Assembly (NCBI GenBank): GCA_963665115.1
Contig: OY762007.1
Location: 5,152,001 to 5,216,000 of the forward strand
DNA length: 64,000 nt
Direction: 5' to 3'
Source of the DNA: an uncultured Rivularia sp.
Lineage (GTDB): Bacteria; Cyanobacteriota; Cyanobacteriia; Cyanobacteriales; Nostocaceae
The position numbers were made by a program, and so were the translations under genes. This document shows positions 54,122 through 62,799 of this stretch, piece by piece (the first letter of the stretch is position 1; each line of letters starts with the position of its first letter). The notes under the pieces were generated by a model that was not told the DNA's origin, ran no database searches, and worked only from the letters and a program-made list of their open reading frames with translations.

Positions 54122-54238
54122 TTATCGTTGGTTTTTTAGCTTGTTTATAAGATTATTAACATACTCCACGAAACCGAGTTCTCTTCTTTTTGGTCTACCG
54201 TAATCGGGTACTGGTTTTCTTCTTCTTGCCGAAGCCAT
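54122..54238 (-). CDS. 38-aa basic microprotein MASARRRKPVPDYGRPKRRELGFVEYVNNLINKLKNQR
   Basis: Hand-translated. ATG preceded by AAGGA; shares its core with the 53921..54049 ORF. Confidence 0.7.
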   Translation of the reverse strand: MASARRRKPVPDYGRPKRRELGFVEYVNNLINKLKNQR

Positions 54239-54293
54239 AATTATTTTCCTTTTTTATTCGTTTGAATTTGTATTTTTTTTGTCTCTGTATTTG

Positions 54294-54321
54294 TCTACAT
54301 TGTCGTTATGTTGATTCCAGA
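54294..54321 (-). promoter_or_regulatory. DIF1-like promoter (TCTGGA-N17-GTAGA)
   Basis: One mismatch to TCCGGA; about 55 nt upstream of the microprotein ATG. Confidence 0.45.
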
Positions 54322-54385
54322 AGATATAACTGTTTAAATTAAACTTTATTGTTTCTTTATCTTGGTTAACTTTATTTTTATAAAG

Positions 54386-54418
54386 ACAAAAACAGAGACG
54401 CATTTGCAGCATCTCTGT
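54386..54418 (-). terminator. Rho-independent terminator
   Basis: Minus strand ACAGAGATGC-TGCAAAT-GCGTCTCTGT followed by a T-tract. Confidence 0.7.
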
Positions 54419-54550
54419 ATAGGAAACCCAATAGTTGAAAACTCTGAATGTTTATATTCAAAAATTTTAAATTTTGATTTTGGATATACGTTTATTTATT
54501 ATTAGTTGCGAGCTTCAATAAACACTTGCCGTGTAAATGTAAATCCCTAC
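54386..54550 (-). ncRNA. Candidate ~160-nt sRNA or leader
   Basis: Bounded by a DIF1 promoter and a terminator; no credible ORF inside. Confidence 0.4.
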
Positions 54551-54557
54551 GACTTTG

Positions 54558-54586
54558 AATACAGTAGTAATAATGACGAATCCGGA
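54558..54586 (-). promoter_or_regulatory. DIF1 promoter (TCCGGA-N18-GTA)
   Basis: Exact TCCGGA at 54581-54586; GTA at 54562-54560 on the minus strand. Confidence 0.6.
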
Positions 54587-54719
54587 AAAAGCACGAATTT
54601 AATTTTATTAACTATTTGTAAATCAGGCTTATGAATAAAAATAGGTTCGTAGATAAGAGGCGCTTCAGCGCTACTACGAACCTGCAATATTGTAGATTAG
54701 GAATATTTGTATCTAGTTA

Positions 54720-55490
54720 TCAAGCGAAAGTAGAAAAACCATGAGGAGGTATATCTTGAATACGCCCATCACCTACGGCTCTTACTGCTTCACGAAGAGA
54801 AATATCGCCAGTATATATAGCACGTCCAACAATAGCACCAGTTACACCTTGAGGTTCTAACGCTAATAAACTTAATAAATCCGTTACCGAACTGACTCCA
54901 CCAGAAGCAATAATTGGTATATCAATCACAGCAGCTAATTCTCGTAAAGCGTCTAAATTCGGGCCGCTAAGAGTACCATCGCGGTGAATATCGGTGTAAA
55001 TTATTTCTGCCGCTCCGAATTCCTGCATTTGTACCGCAAGTTGAGTTGCTAAAACTTCCGAAGTTTCCAACCATCCGCGAGTTGCAACTTTACCGTTGCG
55101 AGCATCAATACCAACGATAATTTTTTGAGGAAATTCTTCAGCAAGTTGCTGCACTAATTGGGGTTGTTCAACAGCAACCGTTCCCAAAATCGCCCATTCC
55201 ACACCAATATCAAATAATTTTTGGACGCTTTCCTTATCCCGCAATCCACCACCAACTTCCACAGGTATGGAAACTGCATTTACAATAGCTTCAATCGCAG
55301 AAAGATTAACGACTTTACCAGCTTTCGCGCCATCTAAATCGACAACGTGTAACCTAGTCGCACCTTGTTCAACCCATTGTTTAGCAGTATCGGCAGGATT
55401 TTCGCCAAATACCTCGGATTTCTCGTAATCACCCTGATAAAGCCGCACGCAACGGCCGGATAATAAATCTATTGCTGGTATTACTTGCAT
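54720..55490 (-). CDS. hisA: ProFAR isomerase
   Basis: [20 protein letters not shown] and YTDIHRDG motifs. Confidence 0.95.
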   Translation of the reverse strand: MQVIPAIDLLSGRCVRLYQGDYEKSEVFGENPADTAKQWVEQGATRLHVVDLDGAKAGKVVNLSAIEAIVNAVSIPVEVGGGLRDKESVQKLFDIGVEWAILGTVAVEQPQLVQQLAEEFPQKIIVGIDARNGKVATRGWLETSEVLATQLAVQMQEFGAAEIIYTDIHRDGTLSGPNLDALRELAAVIDIPIIASGGVSSVTDLLSLLALEPQGVTGAIVGRAIYTGDISLREAVRAVGDGRIQDIPPHGFSTFA

Positions 55491-55572
55491 TATTAGTTGA
55501 TAGTGGTTAGTTGTTAGTTTTAGTGGTTAGGGGTTAGGAGTTGATAATTGATAATTGTTCATTGTTCATTGT

Positions 55573-55860
55573 TCATTGTTCATTGTTCATTATTGCTTGA
55601 CGGAAACCTAAGACAACTAAAATATTTGACAGGGTTAAAAATACTTCTGCGCTTCCGTGCAACCAATCGACGTTTGCTAAAGTTTCACCGTAATGTACTT
55701 GTGCATAAATACCTGCTGGAATGGTGACGGCGACAAAAATAAGGAGTGCGTAAAATCCATACAAAGCTAACTTTGGGGTTTCGGGGGTACGACTGATAAA
55801 CCATAAGAAACCTAAGTATGGAAATAACGATAATGCGAATAGGGTTTCTTTGGAAATCAT
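55573..55860 (-). CDS. DUF3593 membrane protein
   Basis: LFALSLFPYLGFL...LANVDWLHGSAE. Confidence 0.85.
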   Translation of the reverse strand: MISKETLFALSLFPYLGFLWFISRTPETPKLALYGFYALLIFVAVTIPAGIYAQVHYGETLANVDWLHGSAEVFLTLSNILVVLGFRQAIMNNEQ

Positions 55861-55998
55861 TTTAAACAGTTAACAGTGAGCAGTTAGCAGTGAACAGTTA
55901 GCAGTTAGGAGTGTAGAGACGTAGCAGTGCTACGTCTTCTCTACAGTTAGGAGTTTTGAATTTTATTCCCATGCCCTATGCCCTATTCCCAATTTTAA

Positions 55999-56343
55999 TT
56001 ATTCTGATTTTACAGCTTTTGCGGACGCGGGATTATTTTCGGTATCATCAGTTTTTGTGGAACGATATATCCACCAGGCTGCTGCGAAAAGGGTGAAGTT
56101 TCCAATTACTGTCATGCTTGCTTGTAATGTTACTAGCCATTCGAGAGATTCGGAATTATCGAAAAAGTGCCAGGTACAAGCACACATGGCGCTAACTAAT
56201 GCTGGTAACATACCAAAGGATAAAGCTCCCCAAGCAGGATTACCTATGACTTCGCCGTATTTCCAGATTAGCCATATTGCGGCAATCCATTCTATAACGC
56301 TGGAAACATGAATTATCCAAGTGGGAATTGAAAGTGCTTGCAT
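55999..56343 (-). CDS. ycf49: DUF2499/Ycf49 membrane protein
   Basis: ALSIPTWIIHVSSVIEW...CACTWHFFDN. Confidence 0.8.
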   Translation of the reverse strand: MQALSIPTWIIHVSSVIEWIAAIWLIWKYGEVIGNPAWGALSFGMLPALVSAMCACTWHFFDNSESLEWLVTLQASMTVIGNFTLFAAAWWIYRSTKTDDTENNPASAKAVKSE

Positions 56344-56610
56344 ATCAGTTATCAGTGAACAATTATCAACGATCAATTATCAATTACCAGTTACTAATTA
56401 TGATTTCATAGTTCTTGGCTGTTAATTAATAACTTTTTTCTTCTTTCTCTACCCCTTTACCCCCTTTTCCCCTTCTTCCCCTTCTCTTAATCTTTGTGAA
56501 ACTTGTTGCGGAAGTACCTTGTAGTGTGTCGCGATTCGTGGGAAATACATGATGGTGGAGAATAACTATTTTTCCGTTTATTAATCCAAAATCTAAAATC
56601 CAAAATAATT

Positions 56611-57648
56611 ATGCGTGCTTTATTATCTGGGTATTACGGGCAAGGAAATGGTGGTGATGAGGCTTTGTTGGCTACGCTTTTACAAATGCTTCCGTCTTCG
56701 GTGACTCCTGTGGTTCTTTCTGGCAATCCTGAAGAAACTCAAGATCGTTATGGTGTTGAAGCTTGCGAGCGTAAGGCTTTTAACACGGTGATGCAGTCTT
56801 TACGTTCTTCCGATGCTTTTATTTGGGGTGGTGGTAGTTTGATTCAAGATGCTACTAGCGCTATTAGTCCATTTTACTATTCTGGGTTGATGGCGATCGC
56901 TCAAAAAAGAGGGATGAAAACTGTGGCTTGGGCGCAAGGTATTGGTCCTCTGAAACGTAATGCTACCAAGTGGTTGGCGCGTCAAAATTTTCTTGGCTGT
57001 ACTGGGGTAAGCGTTCGCGATTCGGCTTCTGCTGCTTTATTAAATGAATGGGAAGTGAATCACGTGCTGGCACCAGATCCGGTTTGGGCACTGGAATCTG
57101 TTTCTACGCCAGGTATTTGGGATACTCCCGCTCCCAGAGTTGCGGTAACATTACGCGCTCATCCCGAACTTACACCAACGCGCTTGGGTAATTTAACTAA
57201 AGCTTTGGTTGATTTTCAAAAGGCTACAGAAACCTTTATTTTGCTGATACCGTTTCAAAAAAGCAAAGATTTGGCTATAGCTCAAGCAATTCAACCAGCA
57301 TTAAAAGATGTCAGTAAAATTATCACCGTAGAAGAACCCAAAATATTAAAAGGTATATATAACGGTGTCGAAATGGCGATTGGAATGCGCTTGCACAGTT
57401 TGATTATGGCTGCAAGTAAAGGCTGTCGCTGTTTTGCGTTGAGTTACGATCCTAAGATTAATCGGTTGATGGAAGAATTAGAAATGCCGGGATGGGATAT
57501 TGATGATTTACCCCATGATGCAAATGCGATGAGTACGGCTTGGATTGAGCATTTTGCAAATGGGGAAGCGCTTTCGGATGACAGAATTAAATTTATTACC
57601 GATAGAGCTTCGATACATAAAGAGGTTTTGCAGAAAGCTTTGACGTGA
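56611..57648 (+). CDS. csaB: Polysaccharide pyruvyl transferase
   Basis: GYYGQGNGGDEA, GGGSLIQD, QGIGP, VRD, MRLH and SYDPK motifs. Confidence 0.92.
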   Translation: MRALLSGYYGQGNGGDEALLATLLQMLPSSVTPVVLSGNPEETQDRYGVEACERKAFNTVMQSLRSSDAFIWGGGSLIQDATSAISPFYYSGLMAIAQKRGMKTVAWAQGIGPLKRNATKWLARQNFLGCTGVSVRDSASAALLNEWEVNHVLAPDPVWALESVSTPGIWDTPAPRVAVTLRAHPELTPTRLGNLTKALVDFQKATETFILLIPFQKSKDLAIAQAIQPALKDVSKIITVEEPKILKGIYNGVEMAIGMRLHSLIMAASKGCRCFALSYDPKINRLMEELEMPGWDIDDLPHDANAMSTAWIEHFANGEALSDDRIKFITDRASIHKEVLQKALT

Positions 57649-57665
57649 ATTAAAAATAATAATTT

Positions 57666-57938
57666 GGACGGGCAGGGATGCCCCGCAGTCGCTACAACGG
57701 AGGGAACCTCCGCAACGCGCTGCTCTCCATCCCACAAGAATATATTCACCAGTCATTATGTAGAGACGTAGCAATGCTACGTCTCCCTAATGTAGCGGAA
57801 TAACGCGAAATTTTATATTTAGGAGAATAACGCGCAATTCATGTATATGGTATTTTTCCGAATTATTCGTTGAAATCGAAAAATACGGAGACGTTGCACT
57901 GCAACGTCTCTACACATTTGTCGGAATAACGCGAAATT
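57666..57938. repeat. Cluster of REP-like elements: nested insertion, inverted GTAGAGACG pair, and three GAATAACGCG(A/C)AATT copies
   Basis: Read directly. Other GTAGAGACG-family copies occur at ~28041, 37859 and 55913. Confidence 0.8.
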
Positions 57939-58060
57939 GCCGTCGAACGCAAATTTGATTTTCAACGCGGAGGTTCGCAGAGGGGATATTTCATCTATGT
58001 GTTAAGAAGGAATAGCGGTACTTTTATTGACTGTTAGCTGTTTGTTGGTGGTGCGTTGAT

Positions 58061-59815
58061 ATGTCTGAATTAAATAAAAATAAATCATTTCATTACAGTA
58101 GCTTTTCGGAATTTTGTTTTCATAAGGATGAGTTACCGCCGGAGACGAGACATACTGTTGAGGTGTTGTTAGAAGTTGCTGGTACTGATGATTGTTTGGA
58201 AGCGGAAAGGGTTCTTTTGAATGAGAGAGAATTAGAATTAGGAGATTGTAATATTAGTGATTTAACTCCACTAGCAACTCTAAAAGAATTAACTCACTTA
58301 TGGCTTTATTGTAATGATATTTCTGATTTAACTCCTTTACAAGGACTCGTTAATCTTACACATTTAGATCTGAATATAAATCAAATTAGTAATATTGCTC
58401 CGCTAAATAAACTAACTAAATTAAATATTTTACTTTTAGGTGAAAATAAAATTAACAATATTAGTCCTTTAGAAATATTAATTAATTTAAAAAAACTAGA
58501 TTTAGATAATAATCAGATAAATGATATCAGTCCATTAAAGAACTTAAATAAACTAGCAAATATAAGATTATATGCAAATAATATAAGTGATTGGACTTCA
58601 CTGTATAATCTGAAAAAAATATCTGAATTAGATATTAGTTGTAATCAAATCACTGACTTGAAAGTATTGCAACCTTTAAAATATATTAATAAGCTTGACA
58701 TTTCAGGTAATCCACTTGCCGGATTAAATTCTCCAAAATCCTTAGTTGATAAATGTCAAAAACTTCTATCTACACCGTTAAATTATCAAAGAACTATAGA
58801 AGTAGTAAATTTTGCTTATTATTGTATTGGTTTAAATCAACCCAAAGTCATTTTTACAAGCAATTATAAATCCTGGTATATAGAGATTATAAATTTGCTG
58901 AAATTAAATAATATACCAAATCAAAGTTTAAAATCTTTTATTCTACAAAAAAAAAGACAAGCAATCGAAATTAATAAATTGGTATTTGATAATCAATTAG
59001 ATTTTTTACACCAGATAAATAATAAAATACCAAATAAATCAATAAAAGAACTTGCTAAATATGAATTAAATAAATCAATAATGTTTGGAGAAGTAAATTC
59101 AGCGCTATATCTGATAGTAAGAAGTTTAGCTTTTAAACAACTAAATAATTCCAGTCTAAAACCAAATTATGAAGCTTACAGCACTGTAGAAAATATTATC
59201 ACTTCCGAACAAATAATCCACCAAATCTACCTCATCGAAACCTACCAATCCTTACTAAACATAACCCTCGACGAAAAAACTCAACAATGGTACGACTGCT
59301 TAAACCAACTCCTCGAACATTGCGGATGGTTTATTCCTTTTGAAGACGTTTGCATTGTGTGCGATCGCCCATCAAAATTTTCCTTAGATTCAGAAACTCG
59401 TCTCCACGCTGAAGGGGAAGCGGCAATTCAATTTGCTGACGGATACGGTTTGTATTACTATCACGGAATTTCTTTACCTGAAAAATACGGTAAGGTGCAT
59501 CCGAATCAATGGCAAGCAAGATGGTTGTTGGAAGAAAACAATGCTGAATTACGTCGGATTTTAATTCAAGCTATTGGCTACAACCGTATTTGTGACGAAT
59601 TACAAGCGATTCAATTAGATTCTTGGCGCGAATATGACTTAATCAAAATTGATGCGGTGAGTAATGTAGAACCGATAGTTTTACTGAAGATGATTTGCCC
59701 CAGCACCGGATATACTCATGTTTTGCGGGTACCTCCCAATATGGTATCTGCAAGAGAAGCGATAACTTGGATAAATTGGGATGTAGATCCAGAAGAGTTC
59801 GCTGTAGAAAGTTAG
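58061..59815 (+). CDS. Internalin-like leucine-rich repeat protein with C-terminal DUF6745-like domain
   Basis: 22-aa LRRs (L..L.L..N.I.DI.PL); RLHAEGEAAIQFADG...NAELRR...CPSTG...LRVPP. Confidence 0.85.
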   Translation: MSELNKNKSFHYSSFSEFCFHKDELPPETRHTVEVLLEVAGTDDCLEAERVLLNERELELGDCNISDLTPLATLKELTHLWLYCNDISDLTPLQGLVNLTHLDLNINQISNIAPLNKLTKLNILLLGENKINNISPLEILINLKKLDLDNNQINDISPLKNLNKLANIRLYANNISDWTSLYNLKKISELDISCNQITDLKVLQPLKYINKLDISGNPLAGLNSPKSLVDKCQKLLSTPLNYQRTIEVVNFAYYCIGLNQPKVIFTSNYKSWYIEIINLLKLNNIPNQSLKSFILQKKRQAIEINKLVFDNQLDFLHQINNKIPNKSIKELAKYELNKSIMFGEVNSALYLIVRSLAFKQLNNSSLKPNYEAYSTVENIITSEQIIHQIYLIETYQSLLNITLDEKTQQWYDCLNQLLEHCGWFIPFEDVCIVCDRPSKFSLDSETRLHAEGEAAIQFADGYGLYYYHGISLPEKYGKVHPNQWQARWLLEENNAELRRILIQAIGYNRICDELQAIQLDSWREYDLIKIDAVSNVEPIVLLKMICPSTGYTHVLRVPPNMVSAREAITWINWDVDPEEFAVES

Positions 59816-60012
59816 AGGTAAAGTTTTACATATTTTTGACCTCTCTTTAAACCACTAAACCTGTAATGAGAGAGGCTTTAAAAAAGTTATTTTCCTATTC
59901 CCCCTTCCCTGGTAGGGAAGGGGTTAGGGGTTAGGTTTCCGAGATTGATAATTGATTAAAAAATGCACTTTAGCTAACATTTCTCATGATTAAGCCAAAA
60001 ATCAAACGTAAA

Positions 60013-60180
60013 ATGCCAAAGTGCCTCCAGTGTCGCTTTTACCAAGGCAATATTATTGTTTGCAAAATGTATCCTAATGGCCCCGAAGATCGATCGTGTC
60101 CTCACTATGCACCAGATCCGGATGTTTATCTAGATGAAGGGGAACGGGGAACAGGGAACAGAAGAAAAAGACAATATTAA
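60013..60180 (+). CDS. Small Cys-rich hypothetical protein
   Basis: CLQC...C..YPNGP....CPHY; the C-terminus runs into repeat sequence. Confidence 0.45.
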   Translation: MPKCLQCRFYQGNIIVCKMYPNGPEDRSCPHYAPDPDVYLDEGERGTGNRRKRQY

Positions 60181-60321
60181 CAGCTTAATAACCAAAATTT
60201 GATTATTTACAGTTTATGAAAATACAGAAACCCGGTATCTTCGAGATACCGGATTTTTATATGTTTACAAATGATTTAACAATGCGATATAGCAATTTTC
60301 GGTGAATCGGATACATTCAAA

Positions 60322-60382
60322 ACCTCACCCTCTTTCCCTCTCCTTATTAAGGAGAGGGATGTCCGTCAGGACAGGGTGAGGT
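60322..60382. repeat. Branched palindromic repeat (ACCTCACCC...CCCTCTCC-GGAGAGGG...GGGTGAGGT); related element at ~59838-59937
   Basis: Visible nested inverted repeats. Confidence 0.7.
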
Positions 60383-60395
60383 AAAGCGATATTAT

Positions 60396-61115
60396 CTACG
60401 CAGCAACAGCAACTTCTTCTTCATAAGGCATGAAGGTTTTCTTGGTAGCGTTACAGATGGGACAATGCCAATCTTCGGGAATGTCCTCGAATGCTGTTCC
60501 CGGTGCAATTCCAGAATCTGGGTCGCCGATTACGGGGTCGTATATCATCGAACATTGACGGCAAATCCATTTCTGTGTTGCTGGGTCGCCGCTGGCTTTC
60601 TTTTCTGCGGCTGTTTTACCGTTTAGCGTTTCTAAGGCTTCCGTATATTGATTTGCATGGTGGTGTTCTACGCTAGTTAGCAAACCAAATGTGTGCGTAG
60701 CTTTACGGAAAATATCAGCGTGTTCGCGGGATTCTTCTTCCTGAGTTTTAAATTCCTCTTCAGCTTTCCCATCTCTATCCGCACGCGCTTCTTGTGCAAA
60801 ACCCGGATACATGGTTTCGTACTCGTAGGTTTCACCTTCCACCGCTAATTCCAAACAGCGAGTTGCGATCGCCTTTTTCTGTTCTTCGGTTAAAGAGTCA
60901 GCATCATCCACCATCAATTCCGGATGCATCAACCGAAAGTGAGCGAAAGCGTGTTCTGTTTCTTGATTCGCAGTATCCTTAAAAAGCTTGGAAAGCTCCT
61001 TCATTCCCAACTTCTTAGTAACTTCCGCAAAAAACAAATACTTACGATTTGCCATCGACTCTCCACCAAAAGCCGCTTCCAAGTTTTTAGCGGTGTTGGA
61101 ATTTGATAAATCCAT
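60396..61115 (-). CDS. rbrA: Rubrerythrin with C-terminal rubredoxin domain
   Basis: NLEAAFGGES, ETEHA, ETYE and EREH-like ligands; CRQC...WHCPIC. Confidence 0.9.
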   Translation of the reverse strand: MDLSNSNTAKNLEAAFGGESMANRKYLFFAEVTKKLGMKELSKLFKDTANQETEHAFAHFRLMHPELMVDDADSLTEEQKKAIATRCLELAVEGETYEYETMYPGFAQEARADRDGKAEEEFKTQEEESREHADIFRKATHTFGLLTSVEHHHANQYTEALETLNGKTAAEKKASGDPATQKWICRQCSMIYDPVIGDPDSGIAPGTAFEDIPEDWHCPICNATKKTFMPYEEEVAVAA

Positions 61116-61177
61116 ACTATGCAACCTCTCTTTAATAGTACGCAGACAAGATTACTGCTTTAGCATTGCTTGTTAAG

Positions 61178-61226
61178 CGTAGTCGTTATGAATTTGATTA
61201 TAGCTTATCTGAAGTCATTATGACTA
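61178..61226. promoter_or_regulatory. Two putative PerR/FurC boxes upstream of rubrerythrin
   Basis: AGTCGT-T-ATGAAT (61181-61193) and perfect dyad AGTCAT-T-ATGACT (61213-61225). Confidence 0.65.
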
Positions 61227-61435
61227 TGAATATTTTTGGGAGGGGGAAGAGGGGGGAGAGGGGGAGAGGGGGAGATGGGGAGATGGGGAAATAATTAGCG
61301 AGTAAGATGCTCGCACTACTAACAACTAACAACTAACAACTAACAACTAACTTGGAATCTGTATTTCCGCTGTTGTAGTTGATTTGAAAACTCATTTATA
61401 ACCGTAATTAAATTTGGAAATTGGGAATAGCCTAT

Positions 61436-62737
61436 ATGAGAAATGAAAAACGCAGCGATTTTTCCCAAGAAATTATCAAAAAAGGTTATGAAATTCAGCG
61501 ACAGTTAGCGAAGAAAGCGGGAAGACGGACTTTGTTAGCGCGGGATGTAGATTCTCAGGAATTGGTAGTTATCAAGTTGCTGGCTTTTAGTAATGATTTT
61601 TCTTGGGAAGATTTAAAATTATTTGAGCGAGAAGCCCAGACTCTACAAACTTTACAGCATCCGGCAATTCCGCGCTATGTTGATTACTTTGAATTAGATG
61701 GGAAGAGTGGTAAAACTTATGCTCTGGTGCAAAGCTATATCGAAGGTGAGTCTTTAGAAGAACATTTAAAAGCGAAAGGAAAATTTACTGAATTAGAAAT
61801 TAAAAATATTGCTAAATCGCTGTTAGAAATACTGATATATTTACATCGTCGTCAACCACCTTTAATTCATCGCGATATCAAACCCAGCAATATTATTTTG
61901 GCGGAACATCCTTATTTGGTAGATTTTGGTTCGGTACAAACTTTAGCAAATAAAGGTGGTCAAACCGTTACTGTGGTAGGAACTTACGGTTATATGCCAC
62001 CAGAACAATTTGGTGGTGCTGCGACTGCGGCTTCCGATTTGTATAGTTTGGGAGCGACGTTGATAACTTTGGCTACGGGTATTCAGCCAGCGGATTTACC
62101 TCAAGAAGATATGCGGATTGCATTTGAGGAAGTCGCTGATTTGACACCGGGATTTGTGCAGTGGTTGGGATGGTTGATTGAGCCGAGTTTGGATAAACGT
62201 GCTTCGTCGGCTGAAGTTGCTTTAGAGGCTTTGGAAACTGGGAGAATTATTAAGACGGAATCATTAAAAATAACTCAGTATAAGCCAATCGGTACTTGGA
62301 AATTGTTCTGGCATATTATCTGGCGCAGCATTGCTGTTGGAGGTGGAGTTGTAGTGACTGCTGCTGCTATCTACGGTACGGCAGTATTTCCAATGGGTGG
62401 CACTTTCTTAGGGATAATGTATGGTTTTTCAATAGGTATTCCTTTGGGTTTAACTAATGGAATTTTAGTTGGAATTATTACTCGCTTATTTTTTTATCCT
62501 TTAAAAAACTCTTTTTTATATCGTCGTAGAACGACTTTACTGAGTATGTTTCTTTCTAGTGCTATTGGTGTAATTTTGTTTAGTGGAATGGTTTATTCTA
62601 GTCCATCAGACTTGCAGGGAGGGCTTTTCTTTGTACTTGCTCCTTTTCTTATATCTGGATTAAGTATGAGTTTAGCCACGAAATCTTTTGCTCGTTGGTA
62701 TGAACAGCAATCTAGGTTTCCAGGGCATAAATTATGA
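61436..62737 (+). CDS. Ser/Thr kinase with C-terminal TM helices
   Basis: HRDIKPSN, DFG and GTYGYMPPEQ motifs. Confidence 0.92.
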   Translation: MRNEKRSDFSQEIIKKGYEIQRQLAKKAGRRTLLARDVDSQELVVIKLLAFSNDFSWEDLKLFEREAQTLQTLQHPAIPRYVDYFELDGKSGKTYALVQSYIEGESLEEHLKAKGKFTELEIKNIAKSLLEILIYLHRRQPPLIHRDIKPSNIILAEHPYLVDFGSVQTLANKGGQTVTVVGTYGYMPPEQFGGAATAASDLYSLGATLITLATGIQPADLPQEDMRIAFEEVADLTPGFVQWLGWLIEPSLDKRASSAEVALEALETGRIIKTESLKITQYKPIGTWKLFWHIIWRSIAVGGGVVVTAAAIYGTAVFPMGGTFLGIMYGFSIGIPLGLTNGILVGIITRLFFYPLKNSFLYRRRTTLLSMFLSSAIGVILFSGMVYSSPSDLQGGLFFVLAPFLISGLSMSLATKSFARWYEQQSRFPGHKL

Positions 62738-62799
62738 CAATTGATGCATTGTTTAATAATTTGCATTTCAAAGAAATAATATTAGTATTTTAATTAAAA

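Noticed and set aside
53921..54238. Duplicated ~46-bp core read as a CRISPR repeat or as PatS/PatX
   Set aside because: There are only two copies, both inside ORFs with RBS, and no RGSGR/RGTGR motif.
57760..57938. Possible mini-CRISPR array
   Set aside because: Repeats are only 15-17 bp with irregular spacing, and there are no cas genes; a REP cluster fits better.
1120..61176. Numerous short antisense or overlapping ORFs in the track (e.g. 1120-1347, 6561-6800, 16947-17336, 44938-45357, 49756-50175)
   Set aside because: They are shadows of well-supported genes and have no recognisable motifs.
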